Part shown: in pieces, positions 1 to 9,185 of the stretch
Numbering within the stretch: the stretch's first letter is position 1
Layout: each line of letters starts with the position of its first letter
Source: an uncultured archaeon
Lineage (GTDB): Archaea > Aenigmatarchaeota > Aenigmatarchaeia > CG10238-14
Direction: 5' to 3'
Assembly: GCA_964373575.1 (NCBI GenBank)
Contig: CAYJVB010000001.1
Coordinates: 8,262-72,261 of the forward strand
DNA length: 64,000 bases
Program-made: the position numbers and the translations under genes
The notes under the pieces: generated by a model
The model's database searches: none
What the model was told of the DNA's origin: nothing
What the model saw: only the letters and a program-made list of their open reading frames with translations

Positions 1-101
1 ACGAAGGCCAGCAATATTCTGAATATAACAGTTAATGTTGAAACAGGTTCAACCAATGCACCACCAATAATAAAGGAATATAAGTTACTTTTAAAGTTAT
101 C

Positions 102-527
102 TTAACGAATATCAACTTTTATTGTTTTCTCTAGATGTGTACAAACAGCATCTATAGATAATCTCGTATCGAACCCCCCTCTAGCATCAAATTCAGGGCT
201 CAAATAAACAAATAAATCAGATGTTTCATTAGTGTTGATTTCCAAAACACGTGGTCTTACAACAACCCAACTAGGCCCCTCTAAAGAAACAAAAAACTCG
301 TTATCAAATCCTGTATTAGTCAATTTACCCTTGATTAGCCTACCTTTACCTGTCTCTAAAGTTACATCTGTAGATTGCAGTTGTAGATTTGCAGAAAAAT
401 TTTTACAAAACATCTTTGAGTCTAAAACATCGAAAAACTGAAACAAAATGAAGGAAAACACAAAGATTAAAGAAATCATTGTTAATAAGAAAGCCACTAC
501 ACTTTTCAATTCAATCATTAGAATCAC
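102..527 (-). CDS. Membrane-anchored protein with one CARDB-like beta domain. It is a paralog of the C-terminal repeat of the 686..2188 protein, and its GTG start overlaps the stop of the upstream micro-ORF.
   Basis: N-terminal TM helix. The motif FVYLSPEFDARGGFDTRL matches FAYYSPEFGAKGKFDTRL in the neighbouring 500-aa protein. It is the last gene of a tightly coupled three-gene minus-strand unit. Confidence 0.45.
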   Translation of the reverse strand: MILMIELKSVVAFLLTMISLIFVFSFILFQFFDVLDSKMFCKNFSANLQLQSTDVTLETGKGRLIKGKLTNTGFDNEFFVSLEGPSWVVVRPRVLEINTNETSDLFVYLSPEFDARGGFDTRLSIDAVCTHLEKTIKVDIR

Positions 528-685
528 TTGAAAAGCAAAACTAATGCATAAACTAAGTCAACAATACCAACAATAACGCCGCTAAATACAATTAGATAAC
601 CAAGTCTCGATGTTACTTTGGACTCTAACACTATCGCGAGAAAAAGAAGGAAATTTGAAATCAGCAGCAGTTCAACCAAAACCAT
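524..685 (-). CDS. Small hydrophobic protein of 53 aa (MVLVELLLISNFLLFLAIVLESKVTSRLGYLIVFSGVIVGIVDLVYALVLLFK). It is translationally coupled between the two CARDB-like genes and is not in the ORF track (<60 aa).
   Basis: Its ATG at 685..683 directly abuts the TAG of 686..2188. Its TGA overlaps the GTG start of 102..527 (GTGA). The product is two predicted TM helices. Confidence 0.35.
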   Translation of the reverse strand: MVLVELLLISNFLLFLAIVLESKVTSRLGYLIVFSGVIVGIVDLVYALVLLFK

Positions 686-2188
686 CTAATCACCCCTCAT
701 TACGAAAAAATAAAGCACTACAAAAACACCAATTGCAATTAAAGCCCCGACTAGTATTGAAAGTAGAAATCTGTTTTCTTTAACCCTTTCAAGCAAAGAT
801 CCTCCAGCTTGAACTTCAGTAGTAGTTTCATTTACAGAAACTATTGTATCTGTGACCGGCGAAATATCGATGCTTTCATTCAATGTTGTGCTTGTGGAAG
901 TTGTAGATGTCTCTTCTTTATCAACAACATTAACACTAACCATTTCTTCATCTTGACTTCTTTCAGATTTAGCTGCCAATCTTGTATCAAACTTACCTTT
1001 GGCCCCAAATTCAGGACTATAATAAGCAAAAAGTATCCCACTTTCATTTCCTTCAAGAGTTAGATTTTGTGGTCTTATCGACACCCACGGAACATCAATT
1101 GTTAATTCATAATTATCAGGTAAACTACCTTTGTTCAAAACCTTTGCCGTCAACAATTTTCCCTTCCCAGAAACAATTGTTATCTCATTCGATTCAACTT
1201 GTACATCAACATCATAGCAACTTTGCGCAACAAAATCTATTGAATCTTCCTTGGTTGCAACCGATGAACTCACAGTAAATGTTATATTATATATTCTTGC
1301 GTTTGTCGTCAAGAAAGTAGAATTTATCGTTGCAGATTCCTCTGGCGATAAGGTTGTTTTTTGTGTTACATTAAATGCAGGGATATTTACCTCAAATGTA
1401 TCTGTTTTACTTCCGGTATTTTTAACAACTATAGAAAATGGTTTCTCTTCCACAGCACATGTAATGATTTCTTTATCAAAAGTAACATCAAAGTCATGGC
1501 ATTTATTTCTTTTTATAACAGAAGCAGCAGAATCTTTAGCATAACTGTTTCTCGATTTAGCTACTACCTCCAATGAACTTATAGAATGTTCAGACTGGCA
1601 CATATTTGCAATGGTCAAATTAATGGTTCTAGATTCGCCTGTTTTTAATGCTAAACCCGTTGTTGTCATAGAAACAAAAGATATTGAAGTTCCACCTAAA
1701 GTCAAATCAATATCTTCATCAAACAATCCTTTATTACTAATAGTTACAGGTATCGTTCCTTCTTCACACAAACAGAATGAAATATCATTCTGCAGAGCAA
1801 CGTCAATTATGTGGTCAGGTACAACTGATAGAGTGAATGGAACTGTGCTTTTGGACTGGCCTTTAATTGTAACATTACCTTGATATGTTTTTTCTGGTGA
1901 GAAACAGTCAGCTGTGACGAAGAGATAAATTGTTTTTGTTTGTTCACTCTTCAACTGAACTACATCATCAGTAAGTGTGTACCAATCAGTTGGAATACCA
2001 TCAATAAAAACAGCAAATGTATCATCCTTTCCAGTATTATTAATTAGGATATCATAAGTTGCGATTCCACAAGGTGCAGCCCCAAAACTTTTAGGTACAA
2101 CATCAACATCAACGCTGAATTGTGCAAATGCGATGCCACCAAAAGTGAAGATAAAGACCATGAAAGATATTAAAATCTTATTTTTCAT
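686..2188 (-). CDS. Secreted cell-surface protein with repeated CARDB-like (COG1361-type) beta domains and a C-terminal TM anchor
   Basis: Sec-type signal peptide (MKNKILISFMVFIFTFGGIAFA). Repeated NNTG/KNTG...TF.V motifs (ILINNTGKDDTFAVFIDG, VVKNTGSKTDTFEVNIP, KVLNKGSLPDNYELTIDVPW). Thr-rich stretch, then a hydrophobic C-terminus LLSILVGALIAIGVFVVLYFFV. Confidence 0.55.
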   Translation of the reverse strand: MKNKILISFMVFIFTFGGIAFAQFSVDVDVVPKSFGAAPCGIATYDILINNTGKDDTFAVFIDGIPTDWYTLTDDVVQLKSEQTKTIYLFVTADCFSPEKTYQGNVTIKGQSKSTVPFTLSVVPDHIIDVALQNDISFCLCEEGTIPVTISNKGLFDEDIDLTLGGTSISFVSMTTTGLALKTGESRTINLTIANMCQSEHSISSLEVVAKSRNSYAKDSAASVIKRNKCHDFDVTFDKEIITCAVEEKPFSIVVKNTGSKTDTFEVNIPAFNVTQKTTLSPEESATINSTFLTTNARIYNITFTVSSSVATKEDSIDFVAQSCYDVDVQVESNEITIVSGKGKLLTAKVLNKGSLPDNYELTIDVPWVSIRPQNLTLEGNESGILFAYYSPEFGAKGKFDTRLAAKSERSQDEEMVSVNVVDKEETSTTSTSTTLNESIDISPVTDTIVSVNETTTEVQAGGSLLERVKENRFLLSILVGALIAIGVFVVLYFFVMRGD

Positions 2189-2303
2189 GATATCTAGATA
2201 TAAACTTGAGTTAAAAGATATATGTGTGTTGAGGAAAAGTTTTAATAATGTTCGCTATACTAAAAGAGGAAAAATTACAATATAAGTTAGAAAAACTAGA
2301 TAA

Positions 2304-2410
2304 GCCTCGATAGCTCAGTTCGGTAGAGCATCTGACTTGTATCTGATCTGACGATAAAAGGATGAGTGAAAGATATCAGAGGGTCGAGGGTTCGATTCCC
2401 TCTCGAGGCT
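2304..2410 (+). tRNA. tRNA-Thr(UGU) with a ~33-nt anticodon-loop intron at the canonical 37/38 position (about 2342..2374)
   Basis: Acceptor GCCTCGA/TCGAGGC. D-arm GCTC-AGTTCGGTA-GAGC. Anticodon stem TCTGA/TCAGA, loop CTTGTA with anticodon TGT. Variable loop GGGTC. T-arm GAGGG-TTCGATT-CCCTC. No encoded CCA. Confidence 0.8.
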
Positions 2411-2579
2411 TTAACATATCAACCTTCGTTGCATATTCGTGTAAGGAGACAAAAACCGTACCTTTTCCATAATAAGTATTTTGTTAAATGTTTTGGATTA
2501 TTAAATCCTATTAATTTCATCTCAATCAATTATAAAGTTCTAAAATTGCTTTATATAAATCAGAAATTTAGCGCCAGCC

Positions 2580-3659
2580 TTAATCAAAAAGTAAATCCAT
2601 GTCCAAATTTTTCATCATAGAAGAAAATGGTTTAGCTAAACTAATACCAAAACTAAGCATCCAGTCAGGAACAAAATGCAAAACTCTATGAAGTATTAAA
2701 CTCCTCTTAATTCCAGGACCCAATTTCTCTTTCCACTTTTTATCATAATGCTCCTTCAAAAATCCATAGTCAAACTTATTTTTCTCAAGAGCCCTATAAC
2801 ATGCACCTGCTGCGAATTTCGCACCTATCAAACCATAAACTATTCCCCCACCAGAATATGCTTTAACCTGGCTTGCCGCATCTCCAACAAGCAAAATATT
2901 ATCAGCAGTAGAATCTTCAATCAACCCATATCTAATGACTCCACCTAACACATCCTTTTTATTAGATACATGGCTAAATCTTCTGGCAGCAAAATTTCTG
3001 AAATATTTTACAGCATCCTTCTTTGCAGCCAAACCAACTCTTGCCCAATTCTTATGTTCAGGAACTATCCATGCAAAAAAATCCGGCGTTATTTTTGATC
3101 CAAACCACAATTCGACTACATTTTCACTAAAATCACCTTTGATAGTTTCCTGATAACCGATGACATACTCTTCCGGTAGTTTTATCCCAGCTTTTTTTGC
3201 AACATCAGAATTCGGTCCATCCGCTCCCACCAAAAGTTTCGTTTCATAATTTTCTTTATTAGTCTGTACTTCTAAATGACCATCAACTCTTTTGAACCCT
3301 TCAAATCTAGTTGAAGTCATAATTTTTGCACCAGCTCTTTTAGCCCTCCTTGCAATTTCATCATCTAATCTATGTCTATCAAAAACACGAACCATGTATC
3401 TCGCTTCAAGTTCAAGATAATTTCCAGATTGCGCATAAAATCTTGCTTTGTTAACTTCATTCATAATAATTTTTTCTGGTGCTCCACTTAAAGGTAAAAT
3501 TCTAGGACTATCAATACCAGTGCATTGAACAGGATTTCCTATAGTTGGGTGTTCCTCTAAAACTAACACATCCTTTCCAGTTAAAGCCAGCAACTCAGCA
3601 GTTTTTGACCCGGATGGTCCAGCACCAACTATAATTGCATCATACATATTATTTACCAA
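2580..3659 (-). CDS. Geranylgeranyl reductase family FAD-dependent oxidoreductase (digeranylgeranylglycerophospholipid reductase-like)
   Basis: N-terminal FAD Rossmann motif MYDAIIVGAGPSGSKTAELLA and the overall GGR-family pattern. This is an archaeal membrane-lipid saturation enzyme. Confidence 0.8.
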   Translation of the reverse strand: MVNNMYDAIIVGAGPSGSKTAELLALTGKDVLVLEEHPTIGNPVQCTGIDSPRILPLSGAPEKIIMNEVNKARFYAQSGNYLELEARYMVRVFDRHRLDDEIARRAKRAGAKIMTSTRFEGFKRVDGHLEVQTNKENYETKLLVGADGPNSDVAKKAGIKLPEEYVIGYQETIKGDFSENVVELWFGSKITPDFFAWIVPEHKNWARVGLAAKKDAVKYFRNFAARRFSHVSNKKDVLGGVIRYGLIEDSTADNILLVGDAASQVKAYSGGGIVYGLIGAKFAAGACYRALEKNKFDYGFLKEHYDKKWKEKLGPGIKRSLILHRVLHFVPDWMLSFGISLAKPFSSMMKNLDMDLLFD

Positions 3660-4284
3660 AATTTCTCTTCACATTTGAGAACCATTTAATTGCTTTCATA
3701 AATTCTTTTTTAGAAAAGTCCGGCAACAAAATTTTGGTCACATAAATTTCTGAATACGCCCCCTGCCATAACATAAAATTAGATAATCTACTTTGTCCCC
3801 CTGTCCTTATGAAAAGATCTACAGGCGTTTGTACCAAAAGGTTATTTTCAATATCCTTTTCAGTTACCTCTATCTTACCAACTTCCATCATTTTTTTTGC
3901 AACCTTCTTGAAAGCCTCAAGCAATTCAAATTTACCTCCATAATTAACCATAATATTTAAGATTCTTTTTTGGTGCTTTGCAGTGCTTCTCATTATCTTG
4001 CCCATTAATCTAAAGAGTTTTCGAGGCAATTTCTCAATATCACCAATGAACCTAACTTTAATCTGATATTTTTCTAATAATGATTTAGTTTCATTCTTTT
4101 CCCATTTGCTGAGAAATTCATAATAAAGTTTGTATAATTCCACTACTTCCCTCTTCGGTCTTTTAGATATATTCTCAGTTGAGCCTATCCATACGGAAAT
4201 TTGTGGAATTTTAAGATCAAGACATAACTTTACAAAATTATCCACAGCTTCTGCTCCCTTTCTATGGCCTTTCCACGAAGCCAA
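3649..4284 (-). CDS. uppS: UPP-synthase-family cis-isoprenyl transferase. The TTG-started ORF lacks the catalytic N-terminal motif, which lies upstream behind an in-frame TAA (see findings).
   Basis: RRWAEQRGL...GHRKGAEAV matches the UPPS region DGNRRWA..RGL..GH.AG, and C-terminal features are conserved. It overlaps the downstream GGR gene by 11 nt. Confidence 0.65.
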   Translation of the reverse strand: MASWKGHRKGAEAVDNFVKLCLDLKIPQISVWIGSTENISKRPKREVVELYKLYYEFLSKWEKNETKSLLEKYQIKVRFIGDIEKLPRKLFRLMGKIMRSTAKHQKRILNIMVNYGGKFELLEAFKKVAKKMMEVGKIEVTEKDIENNLLVQTPVDLFIRTGGQSRLSNFMLWQGAYSEIYVTKILLPDFSKKEFMKAIKWFSNVKRNFGK

Positions 4285-4372
4285 ACCTCTTTGTTCAGCC
4301 CATCTCCTATATACGGGATCTTAGAAGATCTTTCCATCAGGAATTAAGGCAATATGATTCGGAATAACTAAA

Positions 4373-5278
4373 TTATCTAATGTCAAATTTATACCACCCC
4401 ACTTTAATCCTTTTTGCTATTTTAGATTTTACAAATAAATTTAAATACCCCAACAATGTGTTTCTATGAAATACAATTTGATATTTTTGTTCTATGTTAT
4501 CTTTTATGCTTTTAAAATTTATTTTATCTGGATAAGAGTTTCGCAGTTGATTATAAATTTCCTTTAAGAATGGTAATTTTGAGTGTGTTTGTTCGGGAAA
4601 CAATTTCATTAACCTATCTATATCTAATTTTTCACCTTTTTTAATGACTTTCAGTTTTCTCTTCTTTGGTCCATCCAAAATATTCATGAAAAAGTCAGCA
4701 GATCTACTACTAAAGCCGTATTTCCATCCAGTAGACCATTTTGTGATTTGGTATCTAAATTTTCTAATATGAATCTCCTCTTTTTTAAGAATTGAGATAA
4801 TCTGGTCGTACAATTTTCTGCTTTTGGTTGAAAATTCTATTGTTCCATCTATTTTAACAGTACCATCGAATATCAACAATCCTGAAATAAAAGCTAATTT
4901 ATGTTCTCTAGTATTATTAAGAATCTGACTTGGTACGGAAACTGTAGTTGATTTTTTGCCATAAGGAAATTCTAAACTATGAAAATATTGGACTAAGATT
5001 TTATTTCCAATGCGATAACGATGCCATTTTCTATGTGACTCAATTGAACCTTTCTTTTTTATTATAGATTTTATCCATTCTGATGCAAGAAAAATGTTTT
5101 CTTTCCATCCATCTGCAATCTCAAAATAGTATGACGAAGCTGGATAGCCGTTCCAAATTTTATTTTGTTTGTATATAGTTCCATCAGCTGCCAAAGCACC
5201 GCACAGTTTACTTATTGTTATACCATTCTTATTATTAGGGATAAAATTATTCTTGAATTCTATAGTATTATTGTACAC
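4373..5278 (-). CDS. Free-standing double-motif LAGLIDADG homing-endonuclease-like protein
   Basis: Two LAGLIDADG-type motifs about 95 aa apart (LCGALAADGTI and FISGLLIFDGTV). The product is basic and Lys-rich. It is not embedded in a host ORF or in an rRNA/tRNA intron. Confidence 0.55.
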   Translation of the reverse strand: MYNNTIEFKNNFIPNNKNGITISKLCGALAADGTIYKQNKIWNGYPASSYYFEIADGWKENIFLASEWIKSIIKKKGSIESHRKWHRYRIGNKILVQYFHSLEFPYGKKSTTVSVPSQILNNTREHKLAFISGLLIFDGTVKIDGTIEFSTKSRKLYDQIISILKKEEIHIRKFRYQITKWSTGWKYGFSSRSADFFMNILDGPKKRKLKVIKKGEKLDIDRLMKLFPEQTHSKLPFLKEIYNQLRNSYPDKINFKSIKDNIEQKYQIVFHRNTLLGYLNLFVKSKIAKRIKVGWYKFDIR

Positions 5279-5314
5279 ACGTACAATTATAATAAATTAA
5301 ATATTTATATTTTT

Positions 5315-5330
5315 CTGTACAATTGTACAG
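5315..5330. promoter_or_regulatory. Perfect 16-bp palindrome CTGTACAATTGTACAG 2 bp upstream of the ATG of the wHTH regulator gene. A second TTGTAC-N4-GTACAA site lies at ~5272..5287 and an AT-rich TATA-like box at ~5298..5310.
   Basis: Read directly from the sequence. The GTACA half-sites are repeated twice upstream of a winged-helix regulator, which is a typical autoregulatory operator arrangement. Confidence 0.4.
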
Positions 5331-5332
5331 TA

Positions 5333-5545
5333 ATGGTAAGAGTAATTGATAAAAGTAAAATCCAGACTATTATAAACTGCCTCAAAAAACACCCAGAAGG
5401 TACTTATATTTCTGAAATAGCTAGAGAAACCAAATTTGCTAAAAGCACAGTTAGTTACATATTGAACAAATATTTAATAGACGAAATAGACGAAATAAAA
5501 TCTGGAAAAGGTGGATTGTTTAAGATTTTTAAATTGAAGAAATAG
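5333..5545 (+). CDS. Small winged-helix transcription regulator. It is the ORF-track ORF 5165..5545 trimmed to the ATG that follows the palindromic operator.
   Basis: MVRVIDKSKIQTIINCLKKHPEGTYISEIARETKFAKSTVSYILNKYL is an HTH of the ArsR/TrmB-like type. The upstream ORF extension overlaps the promoter and the LAGLIDADG gene. Confidence 0.5.
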   Translation: MVRVIDKSKIQTIINCLKKHPEGTYISEIARETKFAKSTVSYILNKYLIDEIDEIKSGKGGLFKIFKLKK

Positions 5546-5561
5546 GTATAACGTATAGTAT

Positions 5562-5695
5562 GGGGCTGTCGTATAACCCGGCTATTATATCTCTCAGTGA
5601 GTAGAAACCGGGCTCCAGAATTTGTTCATGGAGCATTGAAACAAAGATGAAATGAAGAAACCCGCGAGATCTGGGTTCGAATCCCAGCGGCCCCA
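5562..5695 (+). tRNA. tRNA-Trp(CCA) candidate with a ~41-nt canonical intron (about 5619..5659) and an unusually long region (about 20 extra nt) between the D-arm and the anticodon stem
   Basis: Acceptor GGGGCTG/CGGCCCC with discriminator A. T-arm CTGGG-TTCGAAT-CCCAG. Anticodon stem CCGGG/CCCGC, loop CUCCAG with anticodon CCA. The intron contains TGGAGC, complementary to exon GCTCCA, which gives the anticodon-intron helix of a BHB motif. Confidence 0.6.
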
Positions 5696-5792
5696 ATTTA
5701 ATGGATTTATTTAGTTCAAAAGTAATTAAGTACATATTACCCTAAAAATTGATTTAAACAAAGATTTAGAAAAAAGATTCCGACAACTCGCT

Positions 5793-6008
5793 ATGGAAAA
5801 ATTTGGTTACTCTAAAGGTTCTATAAAGAAAGCCACACACAATGCAATAGAGTTATGGACGAAAGAAAACTTAAAATGTGATAAAGAGAAGGAAGTAGAA
5901 GGAAAAAAATTTGTTCTCGAATTCTTATCCATACCGAAAAAAAAGTTTAAAACAAGAATAGATATCAAAAAAATTATCGAGGAAGAATATGAAGTACATT
6001 TATTCTGA
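5793..6008 (+). CDS. Hypothetical small charged protein (71 aa)
   Basis: This ORF stands alone in an intergenic gap downstream of the tRNA. It has no recognisable motif. Confidence 0.3.
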   Translation: MEKFGYSKGSIKKATHNAIELWTKENLKCDKEKEVEGKKFVLEFLSIPKKKFKTRIDIKKIIEEEYEVHLF

Positions 6009-6264
6009 TATTTTCATTTTACCAATTATTTATGACAATGAAACAGATAAAAGAGCAAAAAACGCAAATTTGCTGATAAAGATAGCTGAAGGCAACGTGA
6101 ACTACTTCCATCTTGCGAAAGGAGACTTCCCGCCAACGAAGTTAAAGAAATAGTTAGCGACGACTCAGATTTTGATGGAATAAAAGAAATACAAAGAATT
6201 CCCATATAAACAAATTATTCTACCAACACGTTTTCTAACAAAAATAAAAGAAAAAGGAGAGAGC

Positions 6265-6567
6265 TTATTTCGCCAAAGTTATGCTCATTGTGGAAACGTT
6301 GATTTTGTTTCCCCCTTCAACTTCTCTCTCTTCAGTTCCTATCTCAATGTTTCTAACCTTAACATCTGATAGGAATTTGTGTTTCACAATCTCTGTCACG
6401 TCCACAGCTCTTGATATACTTCTACCTCTAGCTTTGATATATACCTCATTGACGCCACTTGTAAATTGCGTCATTACAGCTAGAACATATGCCATCGCAG
6501 GTTTCTTACCAATAAAGACAACATTATCACCTGCTTTTACTCCTTGTTCCACTTTCTTCTCTACCAT
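6265..6567 (-). CDS. albA: Alba, archaeal DNA/RNA-binding chromatin protein
   Basis: [20 protein letters not shown]...[20 protein letters not shown] matches the Alba signature (IGKKP, KARGRAIS.AVD). Confidence 0.85.
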   Translation of the reverse strand: MVEKKVEQGVKAGDNVVFIGKKPAMAYVLAVMTQFTSGVNEVYIKARGRSISRAVDVTEIVKHKFLSDVKVRNIEIGTEEREVEGGNKINVSTMSITLAK

Positions 6568-6647
6568 TGTTTCACCTCTCTAGTTTAAAGAGCATTACTG
6601 TTGTTGTATCACTATATTTAGAAGCGAAAAAGCATTTAAACTTTGTG

Positions 6648-8717
6648 TTAACAACTCATTCCTTCTTGTCTTAAACTAAACGCGTCAAACCACCAATTAT
6701 TTCTATATGGAAATGGTGAGACAACTTCTATGCAAATTTTGTTGGTAGACGATTTTGCTGTTATAGTCCTACTAATTTCATTATATTGACCATATTTAAT
6801 TTGATTTCCGTCCATCGACCCACTGTCATAACCATCATTTGTAAATATACGGATACGACCAGACGCTGGATCAGTAGCATATATTTTGTTTTCATTTTGA
6901 ACATCGTATAGGTCTGGATATACGTTAATTGTAAAATCGTATTGTCCAGGAGTCAACCCAGAAACATCTTGACACATCGTAAACTGGGTTGGGCCCCATT
7001 TGAAAATTTTCAAATTTCTATCATTATCAACATAAAACTGATCATCAACAGTCCCTTTTGCAAGCGTATTTGCTTCTGGGGGTAGATATTCTATAGTATC
7101 AAGATTATTTCCTGTTCCAGGATCTATTGTTTCAATATTTTCATTGTCACTACAAGAAGGTGTCTGACCACATGTTAAAGTCCAATCACCCGGCATATTA
7201 ATACTCGTGCCTGTTTGTGCATATGAACCACCGAAACTAGGGTTAGTCAACATGTTAGGACATTTTGGAATAGTAGTTGAAGTCGTTGTTGTAGTTGGTT
7301 TTGGTATAGGCACACCTAATTCCTTAACGCACCATCTACTTCCAGTATTTGGCGTAGGCATGGGAACACCAGATTGATCTTTACAATTACAATCAGTGCA
7401 TTCCCAAAGTATCGGCACATCTTCGCACTCCCTAATACCAGTAATAGGATCAATATTACATACTGTTTTCCATTTTATTGGTGTCCAAACACAATCATTT
7501 ATGTCCATTATAGCAGAATTTTCAGGGCAATTTTTCTTTTTAACATCTATTGTGGCATATACGGAAAATTCTAATTCATCATGATCTTTTGTAGAAAGTA
7601 AATGTTTTTTATCTATACAAGTGAATGTTGCCTCCATTGCACCTCTAGTTTCTTTCCAAAATTTACAAACTTTACCATTACAAAAATCTTCATTTGTCCT
7701 TTGACCTTTCGGTGGCGTCCAACTAAAAGCCTCTTGTAATTTTTCTTCAGAAACACTCCCAATGACTGATTTTCTGTTCCCGTTTGAATCCAATTTAATG
7801 CCTCCACCACACAATGGCCCTGTTGTTCCAAGTTCGCATCTATTACAAAACGGTGGATTTTCCCATGTTTGCACTTCATCACTTCCGGCACACTCTTCTG
7901 TTTCAGTATAATTACAAGCAAATCCGCCACTACAAGTTATCCTTGAACTCGTTGGAAATCCCCCATCATCAAAACCCCTTTGTAAATCCTTCACAGCTAC
8001 TTGTGTGGCATGTTCAACACATGTTTGGAAAGTCGGACAGTGATCAATGCTGGGACAATCACAAATTTTCTCTAGGCAAGTCGCCACTTCATGTTTCAAA
8101 ACATTTCTATTCGCCCATTCACTATATTGCCTGTACATGAGCCAATATCTCACCGGACTTACTTCCTCATAAACATCATTATCAGATTTTGCATTTCCAT
8201 CTTCCCCGATTACTTCAATATTGCTCCCATAAGAGCCAATATTATAGCTAATATCATTTAATCCACTATCAACGCTGCTCTGACTAACATCATAATCAAC
8301 GCAAGCATATTTGGAAACACCATACCTCAGTATATCTCTTTGATTTGCCACATTCAGATTGACAATGTATCTATTAAGATAATCAATTGTATCTTTTGAA
8401 AGATGATATCTTACTTGATCAACAGGTGGAATTTTCGGATCAGTACAGATCCAATTTCTCTCTTGTGGTATACCCAATACCCCACCAAGCTTTCCAGTAT
8501 CTCTCAATGCATTATGACTTGAGAATATCAATGCCACCCTGGAGAAACCCTTCATATAATCAGTCTCCTTGTAAACAAGCTGTTGCTTGATTTGTTCGGT
8601 TAGTCTCTTGCCTGTAGAAAGATTAGTGAATGACGATGAAGCCCAAATAATAAGAAACATTGTAATCAAACTAACTATTACCATAAGACTTGTTTGTGCC
8701 TTGATTTTCATCACCAT
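6648..8717 (-). CDS. Large secreted or membrane-anchored Cys-rich protein (689 aa) of unknown function. It is the first gene of the surface island.
   Basis: N-terminal TM/signal-anchor (MVMKIKAQTSLMVIVSLITMFLIIWASSSF). More than 40 Cys. A poly-Thr linker (TTTTTSTT). No catalytic motif recognised. Confidence 0.5.
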   Translation of the reverse strand: MVMKIKAQTSLMVIVSLITMFLIIWASSSFTNLSTGKRLTEQIKQQLVYKETDYMKGFSRVALIFSSHNALRDTGKLGGVLGIPQERNWICTDPKIPPVDQVRYHLSKDTIDYLNRYIVNLNVANQRDILRYGVSKYACVDYDVSQSSVDSGLNDISYNIGSYGSNIEVIGEDGNAKSDNDVYEEVSPVRYWLMYRQYSEWANRNVLKHEVATCLEKICDCPSIDHCPTFQTCVEHATQVAVKDLQRGFDDGGFPTSSRITCSGGFACNYTETEECAGSDEVQTWENPPFCNRCELGTTGPLCGGGIKLDSNGNRKSVIGSVSEEKLQEAFSWTPPKGQRTNEDFCNGKVCKFWKETRGAMEATFTCIDKKHLLSTKDHDELEFSVYATIDVKKKNCPENSAIMDINDCVWTPIKWKTVCNIDPITGIRECEDVPILWECTDCNCKDQSGVPMPTPNTGSRWCVKELGVPIPKPTTTTTSTTIPKCPNMLTNPSFGGSYAQTGTSINMPGDWTLTCGQTPSCSDNENIETIDPGTGNNLDTIEYLPPEANTLAKGTVDDQFYVDNDRNLKIFKWGPTQFTMCQDVSGLTPGQYDFTINVYPDLYDVQNENKIYATDPASGRIRIFTNDGYDSGSMDGNQIKYGQYNEISRTITAKSSTNKICIEVVSPFPYRNNWWFDAFSLRQEGMSC

Positions 8718-9181
8718 GTATACAATTTTCCTAGAGTGAATTGACCGTCATCACTTGGAATAGGTATTATTATAGTGCTGGCCCTAACCCTTCCATTTAT
8801 TGGAATATCTTGACCCCATTCAAACCCCACGGATTGTACAGTGACATGCCATTTACCAACACCAAAGTTTGTGTCAAAATATTCATAAGTTAATTTTGAT
8901 ACATTCACTCCAAAATCCCCAAATCCATAATTGACAGTTCTTTCTTTCAATAAAACAGCATCACCCAGCATTTGCATAGTGTTTCTTCTTGCTGGCGGAA
9001 CCTTTTTGTAATAATAATCAATCAATGCCGTGTTCGCTCGATCATTCTGGTAAGTGTCAACGAAAAGTTCCTCAATATCCTTTTTGTTTGACGATATGAA
9101 ATACATCGAAATAGCTAGAATTATGACTGAAGTTGCAACCAACAAAAATATTTCCAGAATCTCTTTTGTCTGACCTTTCAT
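8711..9181 (-). CDS. Pilin-like protein with a class III-type N-terminus
   Basis: MKG|QTKEILEIFLLVATSVIILAI has a basic residue, Gly, then a hydrophobic helix, like archaeal prepilin signal peptides. A ~120-aa globular domain follows. Confidence 0.45.
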   Translation of the reverse strand: MKGQTKEILEIFLLVATSVIILAISMYFISSNKKDIEELFVDTYQNDRANTALIDYYYKKVPPARRNTMQMLGDAVLLKERTVNYGFGDFGVNVSKLTYEYFDTNFGVGKWHVTVQSVGFEWGQDIPINGRVRASTIIIPIPSDDGQFTLGKLYTW

Positions 9182-9185
9182 AAAA

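Noticed and set aside
1-101. Possible 5-prime end of a minus-strand CDS running off the left edge (…DNFKSNLYSFIIGGALVEPVSTLTVIFRILLAF)
   Set aside because: There is no ATG/GTG start within the window and the sequence is too short to evaluate; it was left unannotated.
4130-4324. 64-aa plus-strand ORF
   Set aside because: It is antisense to the UPP synthase homolog and has no features.
5165-5332. N-terminal 56-aa extension of the ORF-track ORF 5165..5545
   Set aside because: The extension overlaps the LAGLIDADG gene on the other strand and reads through the palindromic operator and TATA-like box. The internal ATG at 5333 is the more likely start. The same logic was applied to 20801..20950 and 47179..47235.
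5529-5735. 68-aa minus-strand ORF
   Set aside because: It lies entirely over the intron-containing tRNA-Trp candidate (5562..5695), so it is almost certainly spurious.
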